From assembly GCA_947448845.1 (NCBI GenBank), contig CANFOX010000001.1:216-64215 (forward strand): a DNA stretch of 64,000 nt, read 5' to 3'. Each line of letters starts with the position of its first letter. Position 1 is the first letter of the stretch. Under the pieces are notes generated by a model. The model saw only the letters and a list, made by a program, of their open reading frames with translations, was not told the origin of the DNA and made no database searches. A program made the translations under genes and the position numbers. The DNA is from Microbacteriaceae bacterium (GTDB lineage Bacteria > Actinomycetota > Actinomycetes > Actinomycetales > Microbacteriaceae). Shown one piece after another: positions 1-9,204 of this stretch.

Positions 1-41
1 ATGGAGCTGACCGGTACTAATAAGCCGATAACTTGATAACA
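1..41 (+). rRNA. rrl: 23S rRNA, 3' terminal fragment (truncated by window start)
   Basis: GGAGCTGACCGGTACTAATAAGCCGATAACTTGA matches the conserved 3' end of bacterial 23S rRNA; 5S follows about 95 nt later. Exact end approximate. Confidence 0.9.
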
Positions 42-135
42 ATTTTTTGCTTGCGTCCACTATGTGGTTCCCGAGGTATGGTCGGGAATCCAATACACAC
101 TTACTGTGTGCAAACGATTCACATAACTCAATAGT

Positions 136-254
136 GTTTCGGCGGCCATAGCGAAGGGGAAACGCCCGGTTACATTCCGAACCCGGAAGCTAAGACCTTC
201 TGCGCCGATGGTACTGCGAGGGGGACCTCGTGGGAGAGTAGGACACCGCCGGAC
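136..254 (+). rRNA. rrf: 5S rRNA
   Basis: GTTTCGGCGGCCATAGCG...CCCGGTTACATTCCGAACCCGGAAGCTAAG...GCCGATGGTACTG...GGGAGAGTAGGACACCGCCGGAC; terminal helix TTCGGCGG/CCGCCGGA; typical actinobacterial 5S. Confidence 0.97.
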
Positions 255-263
255 TTAATTTGA

Positions 264-297
264 GAAAATGGCCACCTTTTTTAAGGTGGCCATTTTC
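264..297 (+). terminator. rRNA operon terminator hairpin
   Basis: Perfect 15-bp inverted repeat GAAAATGGCCACCTT-TTTT-AAGGTGGCCATTTTC 10 nt after 5S. Confidence 0.85.
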
Positions 298-315
298 GCT
301 TAACGGAAGATATCG

Positions 316-1407
316 ATGAACGAAGTTCCAGAACGTCGCGGCGACGGCGACCGTCGCGGTTCATTTGGCCGCACCGGTGCGGGTCGAAATGATCGTCGCC
401 CAGGTCAAGGACCAGCTGCCGGAGCAAGACCTGGTGGTCGAGGTTTCGATTCGCGTCAAGACGAGGAATGGACGCCTCGCTATTCCGAACACCCAAAAGC
501 GCCTGCTATTCCAGATGAAATTACCGAAAAAGACGTGCCAGTTATGGTGCGCGTTGCTCTAAAAACTTTGAGTCTTGAAAACGCCAATCGTGTTGCCAGG
601 CATTTGGCAATGGTTTCGCTTTTGATTGACCAAGATCCGCAGTTGGCGCTTGAGCACGCCCAAGCGGCTGCGGCTAGAGCTGGAAGAATTGCTGTCGTTC
701 GCGAAACTCTCGGTATTGCGGCTTATCGTGTTGGTGACTACGCCTTGGCTCTTCGCGAGTTGACTACCTATCGAAGACTTTCTGGCCTGAATGATCAGTT
801 ACCAATCATGATTGATTGTGAGCGCGGTATTGGCAAGCCAGCAAAGGGTCTTGAACTTGGGCGTGAAGTTGACAGAACTAAGCTCGAACCGGAAGTGCGT
901 GTGAATCTTGCGATTGCTTTATCTGGCGCCCGCTTAGATTTGGGCGAAAATGAACTTGCTCTTGCGGAACTTGAAATAGCGGAACTCAATGCAAAGAAGG
1001 TATTTGATTTCAGCGCTGCACTATTTTTCGCTTACTCTGACACGCTTGAGATTCTTGGTCGCAAGGTTGAGGCTGAGAAGTGGTTGAAGCTGGCACAGCG
1101 TGCGGTTGAAGCCTTCGCACTCAAGGCTGAGGGTGACAATGAGTTTTTGCAGGTTTTAGAAGAGATCGAAATTCCCGCGGAAACAACCCGTACCGAACGC
1201 CCCAAACGCGATGATGATCGGGTTGGTGGTTTCGATGGGCGAGAAGACCGCGGGCGACCGCGGCGCGATGACCGTGAGCCACAACGGCCTCGGCGCGATG
1301 ACCGTGACTCGGATAGGCCGAAACGGGATGGATTTACCAGCGACCGACCCCGGCGTGACAGCAACGGCGAAGCACCTCAGCGCGCACCTTGGACTAAGCC
1401 AGAGTAA
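316..1407 (+). CDS. TPR-like helical protein (Rv1691-type) with R/G/D-rich disordered N- and C-terminal tails
   Basis: Central core VRETLGIAAYRVGDYALALRELTTYRRLSG...IDCERGIG; conserved position before HAD-tlyA-ppnK-recN. Confidence 0.75.
   Translation: MNEVPERRGDGDRRGSFGRTGAGRNDRRPGQGPAAGARPGGRGFDSRQDEEWTPRYSEHPKAPAIPDEITEKDVPVMVRVALKTLSLENANRVARHLAMVSLLIDQDPQLALEHAQAAAARAGRIAVVRETLGIAAYRVGDYALALRELTTYRRLSGLNDQLPIMIDCERGIGKPAKGLELGREVDRTKLEPEVRVNLAIALSGARLDLGENELALAELEIAELNAKKVFDFSAALFFAYSDTLEILGRKVEAEKWLKLAQRAVEAFALKAEGDNEFLQVLEEIEIPAETTRTERPKRDDDRVGGFDGREDRGRPRRDDREPQRPRRDDRDSDRPKRDGFTSDRPRRDSNGEAPQRAPWTKPE
1255..1359 (+). repeat. Four 30-bp-period coding repeats encoding RP(R/K)RD units
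   Basis: Units start at 1255, 1285, 1315, 1345; CGGCGCGATGACCGTGA is identical at 1261-1277 and 1291-1307; a further RPKRD lies at 1198. Confidence 0.85.
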
Positions 1408-2387
1408 TGATCTGGGGCAGTTACGATTCACTACTGCTTGATTTAGATGGGGTAGTTTATGAGGGCGCGCGGGCTATCGACGGCGCTGTCGAATCCATCA
1501 ATCACTTTCAAGCACTTAGCGTTCCCATTGGCTTTGTGACTAACAATTCTTCACGCAAGCCTGAAACTATAGCTAAGCAGTTGGCCGGTTTCGGCATTTT
1601 GGTTCCAGCGGAATCCGTGATTAGTTCTGGTCAGACCGGGGTCGAGTTGCTTGCCAAGTTGATTGCCCCAGGTGCCAAAGTTTTGGTAGTTGGCGGCGAG
1701 GGGTTGCGCTATCGAGTGCAACTTGCAGGCTTTCAGTTGGTTGATTTGGCAGATGAAGCGCCAGTTGCTGTGATTCAGGGGTTTGCTCCAGATGTTTCCT
1801 GGCGTGATTTGGCTCAAGCCGCCTATGCGATTCAGCGTGGGGCAAAATGGGTTGCCACGAATTCCGATTGGACAATTCCTCAGGAAGGCGGCTTGGCCCC
1901 CGGTAACGGAACGTTAGTTTCGGCCGTTCACACCGCCGTTGGCATTCTTCCTGAGGTGGCCGGAAAGCCGGAGCCCGCTATTTTTGAAACCGCCATTCGT
2001 GCACTTGGCATTCAACATCCACTGTTTGTTGGAGATCGCCTCGACACCGATATTCTCGGAGCGAACCGTGCGGGAATCGACTCCGCCCTGGTAATGACTG
2101 GGGTTTCTACCCGTAAAGAGTTGCTAGGCATTGGTAAAGAAAGTAGACCTAAGTTCATTTTGGGTTCATTGCTTGAGTTGCAGACACCATATGTTGAACC
2201 AAAGAAGACCAAACGGGGTTTCAAATGCGAGAGCGCTTCTGTTGAACTACTTGGAAATAAAGTTCGAATTGTTGATGGGGACGCCGGAAGTTTGCATGCA
2301 CTGAAAGCCGCCTGCGCTGTCGTTTGGAATGCTGGAACTCCTATTTATAATCTCGATGTTGAAGCATCGTTCTATAGTCTTGAATAG
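1407..2387 (+). CDS. HAD-IIA family hydrolase (NagD-like)
   Basis: Motifs DLDGV, TNNS, GKP, GDRLDTD; start overlaps upstream stop (TAATG). Confidence 0.92.
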   Translation: MIWGSYDSLLLDLDGVVYEGARAIDGAVESINHFQALSVPIGFVTNNSSRKPETIAKQLAGFGILVPAESVISSGQTGVELLAKLIAPGAKVLVVGGEGLRYRVQLAGFQLVDLADEAPVAVIQGFAPDVSWRDLAQAAYAIQRGAKWVATNSDWTIPQEGGLAPGNGTLVSAVHTAVGILPEVAGKPEPAIFETAIRALGIQHPLFVGDRLDTDILGANRAGIDSALVMTGVSTRKELLGIGKESRPKFILGSLLELQTPYVEPKKTKRGFKCESASVELLGNKVRIVDGDAGSLHALKAACAVVWNAGTPIYNLDVEASFYSLE

Positions 2388-2389
2388 TT

Positions 2390-2518
2390 ATGAATGATTT
2401 TGAAGAAGGCGTTGTCGCCGAACTAGCTCGCATTAAAGAGCTTCCGATTGAAGAACAACCAGCCGCATTCGAGCAGCTGCGGCGCAAACTTGAATCCGAG
2501 ATTCAAGGCGAGGGCTAG
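2390..2518 (+). CDS. Small 42-aa hypothetical protein (position of Rv1693-like gene); not in ORF track
   Basis: ATG 2390 to TAG 2518: MNDFEEGVVAELARIKELPIEEQPAAFEQLRRKLESEIQGEG; fills the HAD-tlyA gap exactly and abuts the tlyA start. Confidence 0.75.
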   Translation: MNDFEEGVVAELARIKELPIEEQPAAFEQLRRKLESEIQGEG

Positions 2519-3319
2519 TTGCGCCTAGATTTGGCTCTGGTTGAACGAGGTTTAGCTAGGTCAAGGAACCAAGCGGCGGCATTTATTGACGCAGGGCGGG
2601 TGCTAATCAAAGGTAAGCCTGTGTCAAAGGCTTCATTTAATGTGCATGACGAAGACTCAATTACCGTTGTGGCTGATTTGGATTTAGTAAGCCGAGCCGG
2701 ATTCAAACTTGAACACGCGCTTTCAGTTTTTCAAGAAATTCAGGTTGCAGGCCTTGTTTGCTTAGACGTTGGCGCGTCTACTGGTGGATTCACGCAAGTG
2801 CTTTTGAATCACGGCGCAAAGCAAGTGATCGCCTTAGATGTTGGCCACGATCAGATGGCACCCGAGATTGCTAGTGATGAACGTGTGTTCAACATCGAGG
2901 GGTTCAACGCTAGAGAATTGACACTTTCCTTGCTTCGTTCTACCACTAATCAAAATGATTTAGTTATCGACTTAGTGGTGGCAGACCTAAGTTTTATATC
3001 TCTCGAACTGGTGCTGCCGGCCATGGCAACCACTGCGCCTACTGCCGACCTGTTAGTTCTCGTAAAGCCGCAGTTCGAGGTTGGGCGCCTAGAGGTTGGA
3101 AGTGGCGTAGTGCTCGATGCGGTGAAGCATCAGGCTGCGCTCGAAAAGGTTGCCAAGTGCGCCTGGGAGCTAGGTCTTGGGGTTAAAGGCGTTACCGATT
3201 CAGGTTTGCCCGGGTTGCATGGGAATATTGAGTATGTTCTGTGGATTAGTCGTGATTCAAGCGGGCATCCGTCAGAATGGAACGAAAGATTTTCAACACT
3301 AATCAGCGAGGTGCTGTGA
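2519..3319 (+). CDS. tlyA: TlyA family rRNA 2'-O-methyltransferase
   Basis: N-terminal S4 domain (RLDLALVERGLARSR), LDVGASTGGFT, DLSFISL, KPQFE. Confidence 0.95.
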   Translation: MRLDLALVERGLARSRNQAAAFIDAGRVLIKGKPVSKASFNVHDEDSITVVADLDLVSRAGFKLEHALSVFQEIQVAGLVCLDVGASTGGFTQVLLNHGAKQVIALDVGHDQMAPEIASDERVFNIEGFNARELTLSLLRSTTNQNDLVIDLVVADLSFISLELVLPAMATTAPTADLLVLVKPQFEVGRLEVGSGVVLDAVKHQAALEKVAKCAWELGLGVKGVTDSGLPGLHGNIEYVLWISRDSSGHPSEWNERFSTLISEVL

Positions 3320-4257
3320 GCGATTCGAGACTAGCTTTGGTGGTATTTCACACTAGGCGAGAAGACGCCGTGAATGCCGGAATGCAGACCTGCATCGCAC
3401 TGGTCGCGCAGGGAATGTTGGCAGTGCTTACCAAAGATCTTTACGCCGAACTGAGCACGTTTGCGGCGAAGCAAAATGAAAAACTGCCAAGCGGATCAAT
3501 TCGAATTTTGAACGAAGATTGCACGCTTGAAGACCTTGAGGTTGTTGTTGTGCTTGGTGGCGATGGAACCATTTTGAAAGCCGCCGAAATGGTTCGTTCT
3601 TCGCAGACGCCAATTATTGGAATCAATCTTGGGCACGTTGGTTTTCTTGCTGAAAGTGAGCGGGAAGAGTTGGCCGAAGCCATAAATCGCGTGGTGCAGG
3701 GTGATTATTTGGTTACTGACCTGCTCACGCTTGACGTTTCGGTTCAGGTAGATGGCAAAGAGGTCTATAGCGGTTGGGCTCTAAATGAAGCCACGGTGGA
3801 AAAGAGCGCTCGCGAACGCATGCTCGAGGTTGTTGTTGAGGTAGATGGCCGACCGCTTTCAAGCTTCGGATGCGACGGCATAGTGATGAGCACGCCGACC
3901 GGCTCCACCGCCTACGCTTTCTCGGCGGGTGGGCCGGTGGTTTGGCCTTCGGTAGAAGCGCTGCTGCTGGTGCCGCTGAGCGCTCATGCCCTTTTTGCCA
4001 GGCCACTGGTAGTAAACCCCAACTCAATTTTGGCCGTGGAAGTTATGAGACGAAGTGCCGGAGTCGGCGTGCTTTGGTGTGACGGAAGACGAAGTACGGA
4101 ACTTCCGCTTGGAGCTCGCGTTGAGGTTTCTCGAAGCGACAAGTCGGTGCGTCTAGGTCGGCTTCACAGCGGACCATTCACCGACCGTTTGGTTCGCAAG
4201 TTTTCGCTACCGGTAGAAGGTTGGCGCGGCCCAGTTAGCGATGGGGGAGCCCGTTGA
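3316..4257 (+). CDS. ppnK: NAD kinase
   Basis: GGDGT, GINLGHVGFL, NE, TPTGSTAY motifs; start moved to GTG 3316 (GTGA overlap with tlyA stop). Confidence 0.95.
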   Translation: MSDSRLALVVFHTRREDAVNAGMQTCIALVAQGMLAVLTKDLYAELSTFAAKQNEKLPSGSIRILNEDCTLEDLEVVVVLGGDGTILKAAEMVRSSQTPIIGINLGHVGFLAESEREELAEAINRVVQGDYLVTDLLTLDVSVQVDGKEVYSGWALNEATVEKSARERMLEVVVEVDGRPLSSFGCDGIVMSTPTGSTAYAFSAGGPVVWPSVEALLLVPLSAHALFARPLVVNPNSILAVEVMRRSAGVGVLWCDGRRSTELPLGARVEVSRSDKSVRLGRLHSGPFTDRLVRKFSLPVEGWRGPVSDGGAR

Positions 4258-5939
4258 TTGAAGAAATCAGCATTCGCGACCTAGGAGTTATTTCTGAGGC
4301 ACGGCTTGAATTCAAACCAGGGCTCACCGTGGTGACGGGTGAAACCGGTGCCGGTAAGACAATGGTGCTATCGGCGCTAGGGCTTTTACTTGGTGAACGG
4401 GCAGACATTTCGGCTATTCGAAAGGGGCAAAACCAGGCCTCAGTCGAGGGTCGTTGGTTGTTGGCGGCTTCACCAGCCATTGAGGAACGCGTGGCCGAAG
4501 CTGGTGCCGAAATGGCAGACGGCGAGCTGATTTTGAGTCGTTCGCTATCGAGCGAGGGCAGGTCTAAGGCTGCAGTCTGCTCGCGGGCAGCATCGGTCTC
4601 TCTGCTTTCTGAATTGGGTGAACAGTTGGTGGTAGTTCACGGGCAATCCGACCAGGTGAGACTTCGTTCTGCAGTTGCTCAGCGTGAGGCTTTAGACCAG
4701 TTCGCTGGCGCAGACTTTGATAGAAGTCTGCGAACCTACCGTGAAACCTTCGAAACTTGGAAGTCACTATCAACCCGCCTCGAAGAGCTGCAGACCCAAC
4801 TTGGAAATCGCATGGCCGAGGCTGAAACCCTTCGAGCCGCCGTAGACGAGTTGGTAGCCGCGAATCTTCAGCCAAATGAGTTCGAAGAGCTTGCCGAGAA
4901 GGCAACTCGACTTACTCACCTCGAGGAACTTCGAATTGCTGCTGAAGCTGCTCACGAAGCGATCTCAAGCCAAGAGGGTGGCACTGATGTTTTGGCGCTG
5001 TTGGCTGCCGCCAAGCGATCACTCGAGCAGGTTGCTCAACACGACCCAAAACTGCAAGATTATGCAGATTCAATCGCCAGCTCGGCGATTGTTCTTCGCG
5101 AAACCGCAACCGACCTGGCCAGCTACCTAGCAAGCCTCGAAGGTGCCAGCGCCACAGAACTTGAACGTGTGCAACAGCGACGAGCAGAGATCAATTCATT
5201 GATTCGTAAGTATGGGGTTGATTTCGAATCAACGTTGGCCTATTCAGACTCGGCGAGCGCTCGACTTCTCGAACTTGATTCGTCAACAGAAGAGATTGAT
5301 CGGCTGGTAGGTGAGACGGCAGCCTGTTTCGAATCGATTAGTGCTCAGGCACATGCGCTGACTCAAAAACGACTTTCGGCTGCAAAGCAACTTGAGGCCG
5401 AGGTTTCGGTGGAACTGCAAGCCCTTGCCATGCCAGGCGCAAGTTTGGTGGTTTCGGTTCAAGAAGCAAGCGAATTTGGTTCGTTCGGCAAAGATGCCGT
5501 TTCGATTCAGTTGAGCTCTTACCCGGGAGCAGACCCAAGGCCACTTGGCAAGGGTGCCTCTGGCGGTGAACTCTCGCGCATCATGCTTGCCATTGAAGTG
5601 GTTTTGGCGAAAACCGCGGTGGTTCCAACCTTTATTTTCGACGAAGTTGATGCCGGTGTTGGTGGGGCGGCAGCCATCGAAATAGGTCGAAGATTGGCAC
5701 AGTTGGCTGAACAGGCACAGGTGATTGTCGTTACCCACCTGGCGCAAGTGGCAGCGTTCGCCAATCATCATCTTCGGGTTCTGAAGAAATCATCAGATGA
5801 ATACACATCCAGTGATGTTGTCACTTTGGGATTTGAAGATCGTGTTTCTGAGCTTGCCAGAATGCTTTCGGGTCTAAGTGAGTCGGAATCGGCGCTAGAA
5901 CACGCTCGTGAACTGATTTCGCTGGCTCACGCCAACTAA
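4254..5939 (+). CDS. recN: DNA repair protein RecN
   Basis: Walker A TGETGAGKT, HGQ, signature SGGELSR, Walker B FIFDEVDAGVGG, VTHLAQVAA. Confidence 0.97.
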   Translation: MIEEISIRDLGVISEARLEFKPGLTVVTGETGAGKTMVLSALGLLLGERADISAIRKGQNQASVEGRWLLAASPAIEERVAEAGAEMADGELILSRSLSSEGRSKAAVCSRAASVSLLSELGEQLVVVHGQSDQVRLRSAVAQREALDQFAGADFDRSLRTYRETFETWKSLSTRLEELQTQLGNRMAEAETLRAAVDELVAANLQPNEFEELAEKATRLTHLEELRIAAEAAHEAISSQEGGTDVLALLAAAKRSLEQVAQHDPKLQDYADSIASSAIVLRETATDLASYLASLEGASATELERVQQRRAEINSLIRKYGVDFESTLAYSDSASARLLELDSSTEEIDRLVGETAACFESISAQAHALTQKRLSAAKQLEAEVSVELQALAMPGASLVVSVQEASEFGSFGKDAVSIQLSSYPGADPRPLGKGASGGELSRIMLAIEVVLAKTAVVPTFIFDEVDAGVGGAAAIEIGRRLAQLAEQAQVIVVTHLAQVAAFANHHLRVLKKSSDEYTSSDVVTLGFEDRVSELARMLSGLSESESALEHARELISLAHAN

Positions 5940-5996
5940 AAACTAGGTTTTAGGGCAACTCACCCCTTGGCGTGTGCGAGCGGGCTCGTCGCCAAA

Positions 5997-6013
5997 TGTT
6001 AGGCTTGAGTTCC
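5997..6013 (+). promoter_or_regulatory. Extended -10 promoter (TGnTAGGCT) directly before pyrG ATG; probable leaderless start
   Basis: TG 5997-5998, TAGGCT 6000-6005, then TGAGTTCC and ATG 6014; no SD. Confidence 0.55.
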
Positions 6014-7690
6014 ATGGCAGATGCAATGGAATCCGGTAACACAAGACACATTTTCGTCACCGGAGGTGTGGCATCTTCACTTGGCAAGGGCCTCACGGCT
6101 GCCAGTTTGGGCAACCTGCTTAGGGCCCGTGGCTTGCGAGTTGTAATGCAAAAACTCGACCCATATCTAAACGTTGACCCAGGCACCATGAACCCGTTTC
6201 AGCACGGTGAGGTTTTTGTTACCGATGACGGTGCCGAAACCGACCTAGACATTGGCCACTACGAACGTTTTCTAGACATTAATTTGGCTCAATCTGCGAA
6301 CGTCACCACCGGTCAGGTTTACTCGCAGGTTATTCAGAAAGAGCGTCGGGGTGAGTACCTTGGCGACACCGTGCAGGTGATTCCTCACATCACCGACGAA
6401 ATCAAGCGTCGCATGCGCCTTCAGGCAACCGAAGACCCAAAGCCCGATGTCATCATTACCGAAATCGGTGGCACCGTTGGTGATATCGAGTCTCAGCCAT
6501 TTCTTGAGGCTGCCCGCCAGGTGCGCCGCGACATTGGCCGCGACAATGTATTTTTCGTTCACGTTTCACTGGTGCCATATTTGGCCCCATCGGGTGAGCT
6601 AAAGACCAAGCCAACACAGCACTCGGTTGCCATGTTGCGCTCGATTGGTATTCAGCCAGACGCCATTGTGTGCCGAAGCGATCGTGAGTTACCCGACGGC
6701 ATCAAGAAAAAGATTGCCCTGATGTGTGACGTTGATCTCGAGGCGGTCGTTACCGCAGCCGATGCCGCCAGTATCTACGACATCCCTAAGGTTCTAAACA
6801 GCGAGGGTCTCGACTCTTACATTATTCGTGCGCTGAGCCTCAAAGATGCGCCGGTTGACTGGAGCCGCTGGTCTGGCGTGCTAGAAGCCGTGCACCAGCC
6901 GAAGCACGAGGTGACCGTTGCGCTGGTTGGAAAATATATTGACCTTCCAGATGCTTACCTTTCAGTAACCGAAGCCATTCGGGCCGGTGGTTTTGCAAAT
7001 CACAGCAAGGTGAACATTCGCTGGGTTGCCTCAGACGAGTGTGAGACCGAGGCTGGCGCCAAAGAGAAACTGGGGGATGTCGATGCTATCTGCATTCCCG
7101 GTGGCTTTGGTGTTCGTGGAATCGAAGGCAAACTTGGAGCACTGAAGTTTGCTCGAGAGAACCGCATTCCTGCCCTTGGCTTATGTCTGGGCTTGCAGTG
7201 CATGGTGATTGAATATGCCCGCAACGTGGTTGGTCTAGAAGGTGCGTCTTCTACCGAATTCGATGCCGATGCGAAGCATCCGGTGATTGCCACCATGGCT
7301 GAACAGGTCGACATTTTGGCGGCCGGCGACATGGGTGGAACCATGCGTCTAGGGCTATATAAGGCCAAGTTGCAAGCCGATTCGATTGTTGCGGCTACCT
7401 ATGGCTCAAATGAGATCGAAGAGCGTCACCGTCACCGCTACGAGGTGAATAACCGCTATCGCGAACAGATTTCGGCTGCCGGGCTGGTGTTTTCAGGTCT
7501 TTCGCCAGACGGCAATCTGGTTGAGTTCGTTGAACTACCGCGCGAAGTTCACCCTTATTACGTTTCAACGCAAGCGCACCCAGAGTTTCGCTCACGCCCG
7601 AACAAGGCACACCCGCTTTTTCGCGGGTTGATCGCCGCCGGTCTTGAGCGTCAAGAAGCCAGTCGCATTTTCGAAGACCCAGATGCCTAA
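6014..7690 (+). CDS. pyrG: CTP synthase
   Basis: [46 protein letters not shown]; start ATG 6014 (6026 alternative). Confidence 0.97.
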   Translation: MADAMESGNTRHIFVTGGVASSLGKGLTAASLGNLLRARGLRVVMQKLDPYLNVDPGTMNPFQHGEVFVTDDGAETDLDIGHYERFLDINLAQSANVTTGQVYSQVIQKERRGEYLGDTVQVIPHITDEIKRRMRLQATEDPKPDVIITEIGGTVGDIESQPFLEAARQVRRDIGRDNVFFVHVSLVPYLAPSGELKTKPTQHSVAMLRSIGIQPDAIVCRSDRELPDGIKKKIALMCDVDLEAVVTAADAASIYDIPKVLNSEGLDSYIIRALSLKDAPVDWSRWSGVLEAVHQPKHEVTVALVGKYIDLPDAYLSVTEAIRAGGFANHSKVNIRWVASDECETEAGAKEKLGDVDAICIPGGFGVRGIEGKLGALKFARENRIPALGLCLGLQCMVIEYARNVVGLEGASSTEFDADAKHPVIATMAEQVDILAAGDMGGTMRLGLYKAKLQADSIVAATYGSNEIEERHRHRYEVNNRYREQISAAGLVFSGLSPDGNLVEFVELPREVHPYYVSTQAHPEFRSRPNKAHPLFRGLIAAGLERQEASRIFEDPDA

Positions 7691-8252
7691 AGACGAATCA
7701 GCCGACTTTGCTGTACTTGATAGCGAAGTGGCTTTTCACGGCAAGATCTGGAACATTATTCGCGAAAAGTTTCGCTTTGGCGAACAGGTTCTGACCCGCG
7801 AGTTCGTAGACCATCCCGGTGCGGTTGCGGTTATTGCACTAAATGAAGACGGCGAGGTTTTGCTGCTTCGCCAGTATCGGCACCCGGTGCGTTCATACCT
7901 GTGGGAGGTACCCGCTGGGTTGCTAGACGTTGCGGGCGAGTCACAGGTTGCTGCGGCAGAACGAGAACTTCTCGAAGAAACTGGTTACCGTGCCGAAAAA
8001 ATGGAGTATTTGACCGAATTCTTCACCACCCCCGGCGGCAACAATGAAACCATTTTCATTTATTTGGCTACGCGGTTGGAACATGTTGGACACCAGCTTG
8101 AGCTGGAGGGCGAAGAACTAGACCTTGAAGTGCGCTGGTTTTCACTTGAAGAGGCACTCGGTTCGGTGCTTCGAGCCGAAATCAAGAGCCCTTCGGCGGC
8201 GGTTGCAATATTTGCTCTGGCGAATCGGCTTGGGCTTCGAGCGGATGTCTGA
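7683..8252 (+). CDS. NUDIX hydrolase (ADP-ribose pyrophosphatase-like)
   Basis: HPGAV, QYRHP, Nudix box [23 protein letters not shown]; start ATG 7683 overlaps pyrG end. Confidence 0.92.
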   Translation: MPKDESADFAVLDSEVAFHGKIWNIIREKFRFGEQVLTREFVDHPGAVAVIALNEDGEVLLLRQYRHPVRSYLWEVPAGLLDVAGESQVAAAERELLEETGYRAEKMEYLTEFFTTPGGNNETIFIYLATRLEHVGHQLELEGEELDLEVRWFSLEEALGSVLRAEIKSPSAAVAIFALANRLGLRADV

Positions 8253-9174
8253 CCTAGCCCGCAGGGTTGAAGACTATTTGCGCCACCTGAGCATTGAGCG
8301 AGGGGCGGCCAAAAACACGATTGCCGCCTACCGGCGAGACCTAAACGCATACCTGGATTATCTAGAGCAGGCCGGGGTGAGCACGCCAGCGGCAATCGCC
8401 ACCGATTTGGTTGCTGCTTATGCCGAATCACTTACCGCCAAGCGTGGCATGGCGGCCAACTCGGTGGCCCGCAAAGTTGCAGCAATTCGCGGGTTACATG
8501 ATTTCTGGCTGCGCGAAGGATTGTTGAACTTTAATGCTGCCGCAGTGGTGAAACCGCCCAAGACGGCTCGCCGCCTGCCGAAGGCTATTTCGTTGGATAA
8601 GGTGATTGCCCTAATGGATGCCGCCGGGCCCGACCCGTTTGCTGCCGAAGGAAACGTAAACCCAATTCGGCTGCGTAACCGAGCGCTATTAGAGGTGCTC
8701 TATGCCACTGGTGCTCGCATCAGCGAGGTGGTGAACCTCGATCTAGACGACTTGGTTGACCCAACGCTGATGCGATTGTTCGGAAAGGGTTCAAAAGAGC
8801 GCGTTGTGCCGGTTGGCAAGTATGCGCGCGAAGCCATCGAGCGCTATCTGGTGCAATGCCGCCCTGCCCTGGTTGCCAACGGCAGGGGCACACCGGCGCT
8901 CTTCTTGAACCAACGCGGCACGAGGCTCAGTCGCCAGAGTGCTTGGCAGATCATTTCCGACGCCGCCGAGCTCGCCAAAATTGGAGTAGTGGTATCTCCG
9001 CACACCATGAGGCACTCGTTTGCCACACATCTAATTGAAGGTGGGGCAGATGTACGAGTGGTTCAGGAATTGCTCGGTCATTCATCGGTTGCTACCACTC
9101 AGATTTACACTCTCGTGACAATTGACGCCCTTCGTGAAATTTATGCCACGAGTCATCCGCGAGCCCGTCGTTAG
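8245..9174 (+). CDS. xerD: Tyrosine recombinase XerD
   Basis: YATGARISE, GKGSKER, HTMRHSFATHL, LLGH, TTQIY, HPRA; housekeeping position after pyrG-NUDIX; start ATG 8245. Confidence 0.93.
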   Translation: MSDLARRVEDYLRHLSIERGAAKNTIAAYRRDLNAYLDYLEQAGVSTPAAIATDLVAAYAESLTAKRGMAANSVARKVAAIRGLHDFWLREGLLNFNAAAVVKPPKTARRLPKAISLDKVIALMDAAGPDPFAAEGNVNPIRLRNRALLEVLYATGARISEVVNLDLDDLVDPTLMRLFGKGSKERVVPVGKYAREAIERYLVQCRPALVANGRGTPALFLNQRGTRLSRQSAWQIISDAAELAKIGVVVSPHTMRHSFATHLIEGGADVRVVQELLGHSSVATTQIYTLVTIDALREIYATSHPRARR

Positions 9175-9204
9175 CGTCAGGTAGGCTAGTTGCCGGAGGT
9201 TGTT

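Noticed and set aside
68-110. Hairpins in the 23S-5S spacer as a novel sRNA
   Set aside because: TTCCCGA/TCGGGAA and CACAC/GTGTG stems are expected pre-rRNA spacer structure.
1255-1359. 30-bp periodic repeats as a CRISPR array
   Set aside because: In-frame coding repeats with synonymous variation, no unique spacers and no cas genes.
5967-5995. Hairpin TTGGCG..CGAGC-GG-GCTCG..CGCCAA before pyrG as an attenuator or inverted GACAC site
   Set aside because: It lies upstream of the candidate -10, has no U-tract and lacks the GACAC core; at most a recN 3' structure.
8245-9174. Tyrosine recombinase as a sign of a prophage or island
   Set aside because: XerD-type sequence in its conserved housekeeping position; no att repeats or cargo genes.
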